From Oscillospiraceae bacterium (GTDB lineage: Bacteria > Bacillota > Clostridia > Oscillospirales > CAG-382): 64,000 bases of DNA. Numbering within the stretch: position 1 is the stretch's first letter; each line of letters starts with the position of its first letter. The position numbers and the translations under genes were made by a program. Of this stretch, positions 1-11,100 are shown piece after piece. The notes beneath the pieces are model-generated. The model was not told the DNA's origin. It did not search any database and saw only the letters and a program-made list of their open reading frames with translations. The stretch lies in assembly GCA_015064485.1 (NCBI GenBank), contig SVSD01000005.1, forward strand, positions 42,255-106,254. Direction: 5' to 3'.

Positions 1-777
1 AACTCTGCCTGGCATATTTTTATTAAGCGTAAGATCCGTCAATGAAGCATCCGCCTCAACCCCGGCAACTCTTTGAACTATTGCAAACAAAGACATAATC
101 AAAAGAGTAAAATACGCACATCTCATAAAACTTTCGAGCATACTTTTTGTGCTTATTCTTCCGCTTACGGAAATTGTAAGTATAAACGAAGTTGCAAAGA
201 AGAACAAAATTCGTATACTGTCCCCTACTGCTCTTGAAATGACGACACTCAAAAGTATTGAAAAAACAAAAAACACAATTGAAAGAGGCAGTTTTTTTGC
301 TTCAGCCGGCAAAATACTTTTTTCATTTCGTGCAAGGCTGAAAACATAAAAAGCAAAAAGCACAAACGATATTATGAGTCCGTATAAGTTATTCCAATAA
401 TCGTGAGGTATTAAAAAAATCGCAGCACAGAAAAGCGCAAAAAGATTTTCAATACCAAAAAATAACGAGTCGGATACATATTTTTCATAAAGCTTTGAAA
501 AAATACCGTCTTTTGAAAGCTTTAAAACAATTCCTGCAATTTTCGTAAACAAATTCATAAAGAACGAAGTAATAACAGAAATTATTCTGCAAAAAAACGA
601 GTCGTCGGTATACTCAGATAAATCACCGAGTTTTATCAAAAATCTTTTGCAAAAGCTGTTATGAAAACCGTCAGCAACAAAATCAAGGATATAAAGCATT
701 ATTGCAAAAACACGGGATGAATGCAACTCCTGCCAAAGCTTTTTCAGCAATGAAAAAGTCAAACTATTTTGCAGCAT
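1..777 (-). CDS. O-antigen ligase/polymerase-like membrane protein (5' part; runs off window edge)
   Basis: Hand translation from ATG at 777 (GGAG RBS upstream) is open to the edge: MLQNSLTFS...IPHDYWNNLYGL...VQRVAGVEADASLTDLTLNKNMPGRV. Multiple TM segments; lies downstream of GT4 and MurJ. Not in the ORF track because it is truncated. Confidence 0.7.
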   Translation of the reverse strand, partial: MLQNSLTFSLLKKLWQELHSSRVFAIMLYILDFVADGFHNSFCKRFLIKLGDLSEYTDDSFFCRIISVITSFFMNLFTKIAGIVLKLSKDGIFSKLYEKYVSDSLFFGIENLFALFCAAIFLIPHDYWNNLYGLIISFVLFAFYVFSLARNEKSILPAEAKKLPLSIVFFVFSILLSVVISRAVGDSIRILFFFATSFILTISVSGRISTKSMLESFMRCAYFTLLIMSLFAIVQRVAGVEADASLTDLTLNKNMPGRV

Positions 778-791
778 AAAGCTCCTCCGAA

Positions 792-1259
792 TCATTCAAT
801 AATCTCGATTTTCGTTATCTCGATATAAACTTTTGAAACGCCTGCGCGAAGCACAACAAAATCTCCGAGAAAATATGTGTGTCCGCCGATATCAACGCCG
901 TTGTCAAGCTTTTTGCCGCTCGCTATACTTGTCAGAACCATAGAGGAATAGTCCGGTTTATCGGTAATTATCCATTCGCCCGAATCCGTGACAATACTCG
1001 AAAGAGAATCGGACACAGTCTTACTTTCAAGTGTTCCAAGATCTGTTTTATTGTTGTCATCAAACATACGGCAACCGACTTCAACTTTATCTACAACAAA
1101 ATCGCTTACTTCTTTTGTGGTAAAAGTAAGTTTTACCTGTTGAGCTTCGGAATTATCAGAAGCAAAAAAGAGCTTATATGCGCCAAAGAAAACAGCCGCA
1201 ATCAGAACAAGCAAAACTATTACATCAAAAAAGTTTATTTTAGTCTTCTTTTCCATCAT
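792..1259 (-). CDS. DUF4330-like protein with N-terminal membrane anchor
   Basis: KINFFDVIVLLVLIA anchor; paralogous to the adjacent ORF; typical of clostridial cell-wall polymer loci. Confidence 0.65.
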   Translation of the reverse strand: MMEKKTKINFFDVIVLLVLIAAVFFGAYKLFFASDNSEAQQVKLTFTTKEVSDFVVDKVEVGCRMFDDNNKTDLGTLESKTVSDSLSSIVTDSGEWIITDKPDYSSMVLTSIASGKKLDNGVDIGGHTYFLGDFVVLRAGVSKVYIEITKIEIIE

Positions 1260-1730
1260 TTAACCCTCCACAACTTCAATATCTTTTACTCTGGCAGTAA
1301 ATCTAGAGTCGCCGACAAGAAGTGTCAAAGTGTGGCCGACACCATAAATGTTATCGTCAAATACTGCACCTATATCGCTGTAAACGGCCTCGGTTTCGCA
1401 CTTGATAGTAATTGAGCGGTAGCCGCTTCTTGTTGTTTTTATATATTCATTTTTATCTGTTGCAATATAAGAAACAGAGTCTGCGATTTCTATATTTGCA
1501 TTACCGAAAACAACTTCTGTCGTACTGTCGGAAACAATATCGCCGTCCTTCATATATTCGGCAATAGATTCGCTGACTTCTTCGGAATAAAATGTGATAA
1601 CCATATTTTTATTTTCGCCGTTTGCAGCCCCTTTATCGGTCAATTTAGAAACGCCGACCACCAAAACTGCAACCAGTACCACAAGGATAACAAGAAGGTC
1701 GATGACATTTATTCTTTTCTTAGACTTCAT
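1260..1730 (-). CDS. DUF4330-like protein with N-terminal membrane anchor
   Basis: RINVIDLLVILVVL anchor; GGAGG RBS; tandem paralog of 792-1259. Confidence 0.65.
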   Translation of the reverse strand: MKSKKRINVIDLLVILVVLVAVLVVGVSKLTDKGAANGENKNMVITFYSEEVSESIAEYMKDGDIVSDSTTEVVFGNANIEIADSVSYIATDKNEYIKTTRSGYRSITIKCETEAVYSDIGAVFDDNIYGVGHTLTLLVGDSRFTARVKDIEVVEG

Positions 1731-1744
1731 AATTTTACCTCCGT

Positions 1745-2830
1745 TTATTTAATCGCTTTTTCATAACAGTCATAAACTTTATTAAATACATTTTGTATAT
1801 CAAAATGCTCTTTTACGCAAGCAAAGGCATTCTGGGAAGATGTTTCGTATTTGTCTTTATCGCACATATATTTTACGATCTCATCTGCGCAAGACTTCAC
1901 ATCGCCGTATTCAACAAGAACACCGCAAGCAGTTTTGTCATTTATAATATCGACCGTTCCTCCAACATTTGTAGCGACAACAGGTATCCCGAAGCTTAAA
2001 GCTTCGATAATTGCAAAACTGAGAGCTTCCGTCGATGAAAGATTTACAAAAAGGTCGGACGCACAAAGGATGTTTTGAGTATCGGTTCGGTAGCCAAGCT
2101 GATATATATTATCTCTTAACCCAAGACTATCAATTTTATCTGAAATTTCATCATACAAAGGGCCGTCGCCTGCGACTACAAACGCAAAATCTTCAATATT
2201 TCTTTTTTTCATCTCATCAACCGTATCAACAAGGAAATGCAGTCCCTTTTCGGCACTGTATCTTGTAAGGGTTGAAATAACATATGTGTTATCAGCTATT
2301 CCAAGTTCATTTCTCAAAGTCGAAGTGTTTTTTTCAGCAATCTTTATGCCGTTAAAGACAACTTCAATCTTTTCCTTCTTTACTCCATTTGATATAAGAA
2401 CATCTTTTCCGCAATTACAAACTGCAAAAACCTTTTCATTAAAGGGAGATATAATTTTATTTATAATCTTCCAAAAAGCCCCCTGAGTCATTATCAGATG
2501 GTTTGTATTAAAGACTTTTATTTTTTTATTAAACAGTTTTGAAAGCACCGCAATTACATTTTCTCTTGGAAACTGTGTGTGGATGATATCAATACCGTTT
2601 TCTTTACAGTATTTTGCAAGCAGTCTTGCGGCTCTCAAATCCAAAACATTCTTCATAGGAAGCCGAAAACAGCTAACGCCCATATCTTCAAGCTGTTCCC
2701 TCAGAAGGCCGTCTTCATTATATGCGAAATAGCAATTCGCTTTTGAGCCATTATATTCAGAAACAAGGTCGCGTACATACTTTTCGGTTCCGCCCTTGCC
2801 GGCGTAATTTAAAAGATATAATATATTCAT
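1745..2830 (-). CDS. GT4 family glycosyltransferase
   Basis: N-terminal GGTEKY motif and C-terminal EALSFAIIEA...PVVATNVGG motif; start moved to MNILY (ATG 2830, AGGAAGG RBS). Confidence 0.9.
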   Translation of the reverse strand: MNILYLLNYAGKGGTEKYVRDLVSEYNGSKANCYFAYNEDGLLREQLEDMGVSCFRLPMKNVLDLRAARLLAKYCKENGIDIIHTQFPRENVIAVLSKLFNKKIKVFNTNHLIMTQGAFWKIINKIISPFNEKVFAVCNCGKDVLISNGVKKEKIEVVFNGIKIAEKNTSTLRNELGIADNTYVISTLTRYSAEKGLHFLVDTVDEMKKRNIEDFAFVVAGDGPLYDEISDKIDSLGLRDNIYQLGYRTDTQNILCASDLFVNLSSTEALSFAIIEALSFGIPVVATNVGGTVDIINDKTACGVLVEYGDVKSCADEIVKYMCDKDKYETSSQNAFACVKEHFDIQNVFNKVYDCYEKAIK

Positions 2831-2831
2831 A

Positions 2832-4388
2832 TCAGCCTTCCTTTTTGTTTGTACGGAATTTTGCAACGAATGACGATACAAATTCCTTTATCTGCTCAAC
2901 TTTAAACAAATACAAAAGCAAACCGTAAACCGCAATACCGCAGCCTGTAGGTACAAAAAGTTTTATGATACGGCTTATAAGAGAATCATCCAAGTAAATT
3001 CCAAACAACTCGGATATTCCGATAACTACCGCCGACATAACAAGAGATGCTGCAAGAGATTTCAATACAACCGATAAAGTTGATTCAAGAAAACCTCCGA
3101 CTTTTTTGTTGAGCACAACAATAAGAATAGCAGCTCCGGTCAAAGATGCACATGAATATGCAAACGGAATTCCGTATGCTCCGATATACTTCATAAGTAA
3201 AAGACTCAGCGTTATGTTTACAAGCATAATGATAAAGCCGTTAATCGCCGAAACAAGTGTCTTTTTAAGAGCATAAAACGCTCTGTCAAGTATCTCTTTA
3301 AGCCCGATACCAACAATTCCGATCGAATATATGGCAATAAGACGGGCTCCGTTTTCAATATCTGAACTATCAATCTTTCCCCATTTTGTAATGAGTTCAA
3401 GAAGTGGAACTCTTACACAGAAAAGCCCGAATGTGATAGGGATAAGAAGCAATAAAACTGAATTCAAAACGCTGTTTAATGTTTTTCTGTATTCGCCCAT
3501 TTGTCCGGTTGCAGCATATTCGGTAAGCTTCGGATAAAGCACTGCAGTGATGGAATAAACAAATGCCAGAACCATATTAAGAATAAGGTTTTGTATGAAT
3601 GTTAAAAGCGTTACCATTCCTTCGTAATTCGCTATCATAGTAACATTATAAAACATATTGAGCTGATAAGATGAAGCGCCGAGAAGAACGGGAAGCGTCA
3701 TTTTACCGGCTTTTATAATATCGGGATCTTTGAGATTGAAAGAAGGGGTAAATCTGTATCCTTTTTTCAAAAGCGGAGGAATAAGAATAAGCGCCTGTAA
3801 AGAAAGACCGATAAAGGTTGCAACCAAAAGACCCTCTACACCGAATTTGTCAGACAAAAAAACCACATAAAGTATAACCGTAAGACTACTCGGAACACTT
3901 ACAAATGCAGGCCAACCAAAAACGCCCTCGGATTGCAGCATTCCCTGAAAAATATAATTAAGTCCGTAGAAAATCATAACGGGCATCATTATCATAAGTG
4001 CTTTTGTGCAGAAAGCTCTTGTTTCTTCAGTTGCGTTAAATCCTGTAAGTCTCGGAAGAACAGGCGACAATGCGATACCTATTATTGCCAAAACAACAGT
4101 AAATACGGTTGCAATCGTAATAATATTGTCGGCAAACTTTTTCGCGCTTTTTCTGTTATTATTTGCAATATAATCGGTATATATCGGAATAACAACAGTA
4201 GAAAGTGCTGTTCCAAAACAATTAAATATAATATTGGGTAAAGAGATTGCGTATGAATAGACTTCAATCTCCGCGCCTCTGACGCCAAAGGTTGACATAT
4301 AAAACTGTGTACTGACAAGCGACAATACTCTTGACAATACCATAATCAGCATAACATAGCTGATAGATCCGAGTAGTTTCTTTTTCAT
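2832..4388 (-). CDS. murJ: MurJ/MviN family lipid-linked sugar flippase
   Basis: 518 aa, about 14 TM segments, SRVLSL and RAFYALK motifs; the context suggests a polysaccharide rather than a lipid II substrate. Confidence 0.8.
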   Translation of the reverse strand: MKKKLLGSISYVMLIMVLSRVLSLVSTQFYMSTFGVRGAEIEVYSYAISLPNIIFNCFGTALSTVVIPIYTDYIANNNRKSAKKFADNIITIATVFTVVLAIIGIALSPVLPRLTGFNATEETRAFCTKALMIMMPVMIFYGLNYIFQGMLQSEGVFGWPAFVSVPSSLTVILYVVFLSDKFGVEGLLVATFIGLSLQALILIPPLLKKGYRFTPSFNLKDPDIIKAGKMTLPVLLGASSYQLNMFYNVTMIANYEGMVTLLTFIQNLILNMVLAFVYSITAVLYPKLTEYAATGQMGEYRKTLNSVLNSVLLLLIPITFGLFCVRVPLLELITKWGKIDSSDIENGARLIAIYSIGIVGIGLKEILDRAFYALKKTLVSAINGFIIMLVNITLSLLLMKYIGAYGIPFAYSCASLTGAAILIVVLNKKVGGFLESTLSVVLKSLAASLVMSAVVIGISELFGIYLDDSLISRIIKLFVPTGCGIAVYGLLLYLFKVEQIKEFVSSFVAKFRTNKKEG

Positions 4389-4484
4389 TATGACTCCGAA
4401 TTCTTTATTTGTTTATAATTTCCAAATAAATATTATACCATAATATTTTATATTTGTCTACAAATAATAGTAAATAAAGGCAAT

Positions 4485-7400
4485 TTATCCTTCAAGTTCG
4501 ATATAATCCGAATGTGCAAAAGAATATATAACGAGTCTTATATCGTTTAAACCTGTCATTTCTTTTACCGCTCTTTTATAGTAATAAAGCTGTAGCGAAT
4601 ATCTTTCGGACAATACTCTTATATCTTTTACTTTATCTGTTTTAAAATCGATGATACAAAACTTTCCGTTTTCATCTCGGAAAAAACAGTCTATTTTACC
4701 TTGGATAAGCATTGTTTCGTTTTCAAAAACCGAATCATCAGCATGTTCGTACATCTCAGAAATCGGAATGTTGATCGTAAACGACGATTCTCTTTTGATA
4801 AATTCAGCCTTTGAAATTTCAGCATAAACGCCGCTTTTAAAAAACTCAGCAAGCTTATCAAAATCAAGCATTTCAAACTGTTCGCCGGTAATGTATCCGT
4901 TTTCAAGAAGCCTTCTCGCCTCATAATAGCAATCGCTTTCGCAATTTTTATAATCAGCATACTGCATAAATGTATGCATAGCGGTTCCGACTTCCTCCGG
5001 TTTTTTTGCAGTATCATCAAGAAAAGCCGGCTGCAAAAGATCGTTTGAAGACGGTGTGATACTGCCGCCCGTTTTAAGCTTTCCGTTTTTAATATCCGAC
5101 ACACTGATTTTCGAAAGAACTTTTGAAAGCTCTCGGTAAGGATAATTAAAAAGCACGCGCTTTTTTATATCTTCGCTTAAAGCTGAAAAGCCGTTGTCAT
5201 CCTCTTTGGTTTCCGCTTTCTGATTTTTATAAACAGCTTTTGACAAAACACTAGTTACGGTAAAACTATTATTTGAATCCGCCTTTATATCGCTTCGTTC
5301 GAAACCTATTTCATCAAATTGGTCATTCATACGGTCGTACAACGATATGACAGGATAAATCCAACCGGCAAAAGAATTTGCGCGGGAAATATAGTTTCTG
5401 CCGCCTCTTCCCTTTTCATAATACGACACAAGCGCCTTTTTATCAACCTTTTCAAGCATAATAACCAGCCTGTCTTTTGCGCGGGTCATAGCTACATATA
5501 AAAGCCTTTTTTGCTCTTCAAGTGCAAGTTTAAGTTCGGAATGTCTGACAGCTGCTCTGAATGGTGTATCAAATTTCACGCTTGAAGTTGCAGATTCCGC
5601 ACTTCTTACAGACGGAAGATCGCAAAGTTTGAAAGTTACGCCAAGGCTGTCGCTGATTATGCAGGAAGACTGTTCATCGCTCTTATTAAATGCAGATGAA
5701 AGTCCGCAAAGGAAGCAAACAGGAAATTCAAGTCCCTTTGAATGGTGAACACTCATAATCCTTACGGCTGAAGCAGTATCAGAAGATGATGCTGAAATAA
5801 TATCCTTAGGATCCTTTGCCTGATCGTTAAGATACTCAAGAAAAGCACAAAGACCTCTGAAAGATGTTTTTTCAAAGTTTCTTGCAAGATTGTAAAGTAT
5901 CATCAGGTTTTCACGGCGTAAAGGTGCTGATTGAGTAAATCTGTTAAAGGATTTTTCCGAAACAACATTCATAAGATGAAGCTCAGAATAAAGCTTCAAC
6001 AAAAGTTTATCTGACGAATTTCCCACAGAATACTTTCTGAATCTTTCGATCGTTTCAACAAATTTTTTGCATTTAAGAGAAATATCATCATCCGAATCGG
6101 AATCTGCAAATGCTTTTACCGATTCCCAAACACTTTCATCACTTCCTGCAATACCGCCACTCAGTCTTCTTATTGTCAAAAGGTCATCATCGGAAAACAT
6201 AAATATCTCCGAACGCATAGCACCGGTTACATAAACATCCCTTAACGGATTGTCAATAGCATTAAGTATGCAAAGACAAAGAAGTATTTCTGCGTTTTCA
6301 AAAAAGTTTTCGCTGACCTCGGAATGGGCAGGAATACCGCAGTTTTCAAAATACTTGGCATATTTTTCCGCTACATTTTTAACCTTAGGCAATAGTACGG
6401 TTATATCTCCGTAATCATACATCTTTCCGTCGGAGCTGATATAGGAGGGATTATTTACTATCTCTAGGATCTTCAAAGCCGTTGCTTTCATTTCGTCTGT
6501 ATAATAATCCTTTTCGTCGGCTTCGTCGGGAGAAAAAAGAACAATTTCCGTTGGTGCATCTACTTTAAACGATTCGTGTTTTGAATAGATGAGTCTGTCC
6601 CCTTCGCCGTATGATTCCCTCATTATTTCGGAAAATATAAGATTTGTGAAGTTTACAACGCCCTCAGAACATCTGAAGTTATCGGCAAGGAATTCCTTAT
6701 GTTCACAACCGCTATCTTCTTCTCCGATTCTTACAAACCTTTGAAGGTATGAGGCGAAAAGCTCGGGGCGCGCACCTCTGAAGCGGTAGATACTTTGCTT
6801 TATATCACCGACCATAAAACGGTTCAATTCATATCCGTTTTCATCATATCTGCATATAGCACGAAAAATAGTATCCTGAATGGGATTGATATCCTGATAC
6901 TCGTCAATATATATTTCCGCAAAGCTGTTTCTGTATTTTTTAGCAACATCCGTTATTTCAAGTTTTCCGGTTTCTTCATCATTTTCTTTAACAAAAAGCC
7001 TATATGTAAGTCTTTCAGCATCCGAAAAATCAATAAATCCTCTTTCGTATTTTTCTTCTTTATATCGTTTATCTATCATAAACACGATATCAAAAACCGT
7101 CGAAAGTATTTTAAGACAATCGCCTGCTGCCAATTTGATTTTTTCTTGATCTGCTCCGAAAAACAACTTTCTGTGGGTATTGAAAGTGTCATATGCATCG
7201 CCACGCAGAGATTTTATAGTTTCAACCTCAAGCTCATCATAATCATATTTCTTTGCCGGGAGAGCCGTAAGCCTTGTTGTGGTTACAGACGAAACGGCGG
7301 CTGAAGTTTTTATATAGTTTTCTATATCAAGTGAAGAAAGCGCACATTTAGCATTATCGAGGTCGGTTGAAAAGATACCTACATATTTTGCATACTTTTC

Positions 7401-8162
7401 TTGATTTTCCATCCTTTCAAGCGCAGAATTTATACCTTCGATATATGCTTCGATGTCGCTTTTTATAATTTCAAAAGCGATCTTTCCGTATTCTGTTCCG
7501 AGAAAATCCTTTTCGCAGATCTCCTGATAAAAACAAAGTGCTTTTTCACACCATTTTTCCGGTTCGGGAAAAGACATAATTTTCTTGTAAAGCTTTTGCA
7601 GAAGCGATATAAAGCCCTCGTCGTTTTTGCTGCCTGAAAAGATCTCTACAGCATCAAAAAAAGCCGCGCCGTCTAAAGACTGAGCATACATATCTTCGAC
7701 AACCCGCTCGGTTACGCGGCGAAGCAATAGTTCCGCTTCCGAACCATCGCATATCCGAAGTTTAGCAGGCAAAGAAAGAAGCTGAAAATGTTTTCTTACA
7801 ACACCAAGACAAAACGAACTGATAGTAGAGATATTAGCGTATTTTATTTTAGAAAGCTGCCGCATCGCCTTGCGGTTTCCTATATCTTTTGAAACCGCTT
7901 CGGAAACGGTGCGCTCTATCTTTTCGGAAAGATCCTTTGCGGATGCATTTGTGAAGGTAACAATAAGAAAATCGTCTATTTCAACCGGGTCGTCGGGATT
8001 TGTTATACGGCTGATTATTCTTTTTGACAAAGTTGATGTTTTTCCGCTTCCCGCACCCGCAGAAACAAGGAGAGTTTTGCCTCTGTGAATAACGGCGTTG
8101 CGCTGTTGTTCCGTAAGGTTTTTGTCATTTACAGCTGATGATACAACTTTTTGATTTTCCAA
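4485..8162 (-). CDS. addA: ATP-dependent helicase/nuclease subunit A
   Basis: SAGAGSGKT Walker A, IDEYQD, VGDIKQSIYRFR, HHSKGLEF, LYVAMTRA, C-terminal GKID...IDFKTD nuclease motif. Confidence 0.95.
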   Translation of the reverse strand: MENQKVVSSAVNDKNLTEQQRNAVIHRGKTLLVSAGAGSGKTSTLSKRIISRITNPDDPVEIDDFLIVTFTNASAKDLSEKIERTVSEAVSKDIGNRKAMRQLSKIKYANISTISSFCLGVVRKHFQLLSLPAKLRICDGSEAELLLRRVTERVVEDMYAQSLDGAAFFDAVEIFSGSKNDEGFISLLQKLYKKIMSFPEPEKWCEKALCFYQEICEKDFLGTEYGKIAFEIIKSDIEAYIEGINSALERMENQEKYAKYVGIFSTDLDNAKCALSSLDIENYIKTSAAVSSVTTTRLTALPAKKYDYDELEVETIKSLRGDAYDTFNTHRKLFFGADQEKIKLAAGDCLKILSTVFDIVFMIDKRYKEEKYERGFIDFSDAERLTYRLFVKENDEETGKLEITDVAKKYRNSFAEIYIDEYQDINPIQDTIFRAICRYDENGYELNRFMVGDIKQSIYRFRGARPELFASYLQRFVRIGEEDSGCEHKEFLADNFRCSEGVVNFTNLIFSEIMRESYGEGDRLIYSKHESFKVDAPTEIVLFSPDEADEKDYYTDEMKATALKILEIVNNPSYISSDGKMYDYGDITVLLPKVKNVAEKYAKYFENCGIPAHSEVSENFFENAEILLCLCILNAIDNPLRDVYVTGAMRSEIFMFSDDDLLTIRRLSGGIAGSDESVWESVKAFADSDSDDDISLKCKKFVETIERFRKYSVGNSSDKLLLKLYSELHLMNVVSEKSFNRFTQSAPLRRENLMILYNLARNFEKTSFRGLCAFLEYLNDQAKDPKDIISASSSDTASAVRIMSVHHSKGLEFPVCFLCGLSSAFNKSDEQSSCIISDSLGVTFKLCDLPSVRSAESATSSVKFDTPFRAAVRHSELKLALEEQKRLLYVAMTRAKDRLVIMLEKVDKKALVSYYEKGRGGRNYISRANSFAGWIYPVISLYDRMNDQFDEIGFERSDIKADSNNSFTVTSVLSKAVYKNQKAETKEDDNGFSALSEDIKKRVLFNYPYRELSKVLSKISVSDIKNGKLKTGGSITPSSNDLLQPAFLDDTAKKPEEVGTAMHTFMQYADYKNCESDCYYEARRLLENGYITGEQFEMLDFDKLAEFFKSGVYAEISKAEFIKRESSFTINIPISEMYEHADDSVFENETMLIQGKIDCFFRDENGKFCIIDFKTDKVKDIRVLSERYSLQLYYYKRAVKEMTGLNDIRLVIYSFAHSDYIELEG

Positions 8163-8164
8163 AT

Positions 8165-11100
8165 CTACACCTCCTCCAGTTCGTATCTTATCGAAGGATT
8201 TTTTCTGTCAAGTCGGCACACCGCGGCATAATCACAATATGAACACGGGCTTGCGACTTGTTTATAAGGGTTTGTATCAATATTTCCCATATACATAAGA
8301 CTTGCAAGCTTTCCCGATACTGACGCCGCTTTTTTTAATAATGCACCCATTTCCTCAAGACTTGTCACCTTTGAGCGTCTTTTATCAAATTCACCGTCTT
8401 TTGTAAGCTTTGCCGGAACATATTTCCCGCTTATTCCTTTATCCATAGCGTCAAGTACATCTTTGTCATCAATAAGGATACCGTCGCCCTTAAATGAAGT
8501 TTCCGCAGTTGAATTATATTTTGATTCCATATCGTCGCCTAAAACGGCATCCTTTATCTCAGGCTTTCTCACAGGTACATACAAAACGCCCGCAGGAACG
8601 ATATTTTCACCGTATTTTTTAGTTTTACTGAGTTCGATACAGTAAAGATACAAAAGCATCTGCAAGTTAAAGCCGTATGCAACATCGTCTTTTCTGAAAT
8701 GCTTTGTTCCTGTTTTGTAGTCAATTATTCTGACATATGTTTTATCGCCGCACTTATATACATCCGCTCTGTCAACTTGTCCGACGATATGAAGTTCTCC
8801 GAGTATACTTCCGTCATCCCCTACAAGCTCAATAGGCGGTGCTTTTATGCAATCGTCTGACATTCCGATATTTACTTCAAAATCCGCAGGTATAAAATCG
8901 GATTGAGCGATATCATCCGTAAGATGTACTGCAAGAGATGTGAGTATTGCAGAAAGTCTGTTATAAAGATACTTGAATCTTTTTGAAACAGCATTATCAT
9001 GACCTTTTGCGTGGGTTATGTTGTCAAAATGCATGCTTAGAAGCTCTTTTATTCTCTTTTTTGACATTTCGTGGGAATAAGAATTACCTTCAAGCTTTGC
9101 ATCAGCGAGTTCTTTAACAAAGATTTCAAGAATTTTATGTGATATAAGACCTGTTTGTATGCTGTCAAGTTCTGCTGTCTTTTCGGGTTTTACTTTGAGT
9201 ACATAACGGTTAAAATAATTAAACCGGCAGCTGCTGTAACATTCAAAGCGCGATGGACTTGAATAAACATTTTTTCCGAAAAGCTCTGCTGTTTTATCGC
9301 ATGAAAGCTTTCCTTTTTCGTTAAGAATCATATCTGCTTTTTCAAATAAAGCTCTGTATTCCTCATTTTCAGACAAGACAGCCTTTGAAGCGTTTACAAA
9401 TTCGTCATCCCCAAAAGAATACATATCATCGACAAGTGATATTGGTGTTGTTATATTTGAAACTTTATCTTCAAATGGATATTTTATGTAAAGCGAGTTT
9501 TCGAAAAGATTCTGCACAGTATCAAGCAAAACCGATTTTCTCAACGGTTTGTTGTCGCAATCCTTTTCGGAATACAGCAAAAACAGCTTGTCGTAAGGGT
9601 CGCAAAAAATATTGTACGCAAGGAAAAACTCATCATAAGCGCAATCTTTTGCAGGCTTTGAAATATTTAATCCGACCTCAGACAAGGCTTTTTTCTCCGC
9701 ATCCGAAAAAATACTGTTTTCTTCGTTTTGCATCGGAAAATATTCGTTATTGCAACCGAGAACAAACATATATTTTATCGTTTCGCTTCTGATAAGGTCG
9801 GCAGAACCGATAAGAACACTGTCAGCAGATTCGGGAATATCTAAAACTCCGTATTCATTAATTACCGCCTTAAAAAGCTCTGCGAAAAATTTCGGCTTCA
9901 TCTCGTCGTACCCGAAAACACGAACGATCTCGTCAAGAGCTTTTATCGTAAGATTCCAGAAACGCACATCATCCTGTTCTCTGAGGTTATCAGCATAATT
10001 TGAGTCTTTCATAAGACGGAAAACAGCGGCGGCAATATCTCTGCAGCAAACAGAATCAGAAATATCCTCGGAAAATTTTGCAACAGCTCCCATAACCGTT
10101 TCCTTGGCAGTATTTATTTCAGAAAGCATCTGTGCATCCTTTTCGGTAAATTCGGAAGAATATCCCGAAGGATTCATAAACCATTCGGAATTGAATCCTT
10201 TTTTTCCGTTTATATTCCATGTTCGTATGTAGCTTTCAAGAAGGGACGCACTCTCAGGCGAAATCCTAAGCAGCCCCGTTTTTAAAAGAGTTATAAAGCT
10301 TTGCATCTTCCAGGAAGAAACAAGCTCGATACAGTTAAGAATGTATGAAATTATAGGTTTAGTCAACAAATCCTCTTTTGAAGAAAAAGTATAGGGAATA
10401 CTTGCCTTTTCGAGAAAGACATCTATTATTCCTTCGTATAAGGATATATTTCTTGCACATATCGCTATATCCCTAAAATGAGTTTTACCGTCAGAAATAA
10501 GTGTATAAATACTTGAGCTTACCGCCTTCGCCTCATCAATCGGAGTATTACAAGTAATTATTTTGATATTATCGCTTGTCCTTTTTTGCATTTCACCGGT
10601 CATATTAAGGCAGGCAGCTTCAGTAAAGTTCTTTTCAAGATAAACAATATCATTATCAAACCCTACAGGAGAAAGACAAATATCTGAAATTATGCACGAT
10701 ACGCTTTCCGCTATTCTTTTTATACTTTCAGCCGCTTCACACGGTCTTTCAAACACCTTATCGGTATCATCTTTGTCGGTGCAAAATGTTATATGTACTT
10801 CTTTTGACTGTTTAACAATATGTCTTATAATGTCAAGCTCCTGAGGAGTAAAGCCGTAAAATGAGTCGATAACAACAACTGCATCGCCGAAAAAGTCATT
10901 TTTGTCAAGCACTTTTGAAAGCATCTCAAGATTTTCGCCGTCTGTGCCAAAACACGCTTTTAGCTCCTGTCTGTATGCAGAAGTAAGCAGCGACATATCC
11001 TTAAGTTTGCCGCACAATGAGGGATTTGCGTTTTCAAGTTCGTTTACCGCCTTATCAATCGTTTCTTGTGTTACATTGTACGCCGAGAATTCGCGGGCAA

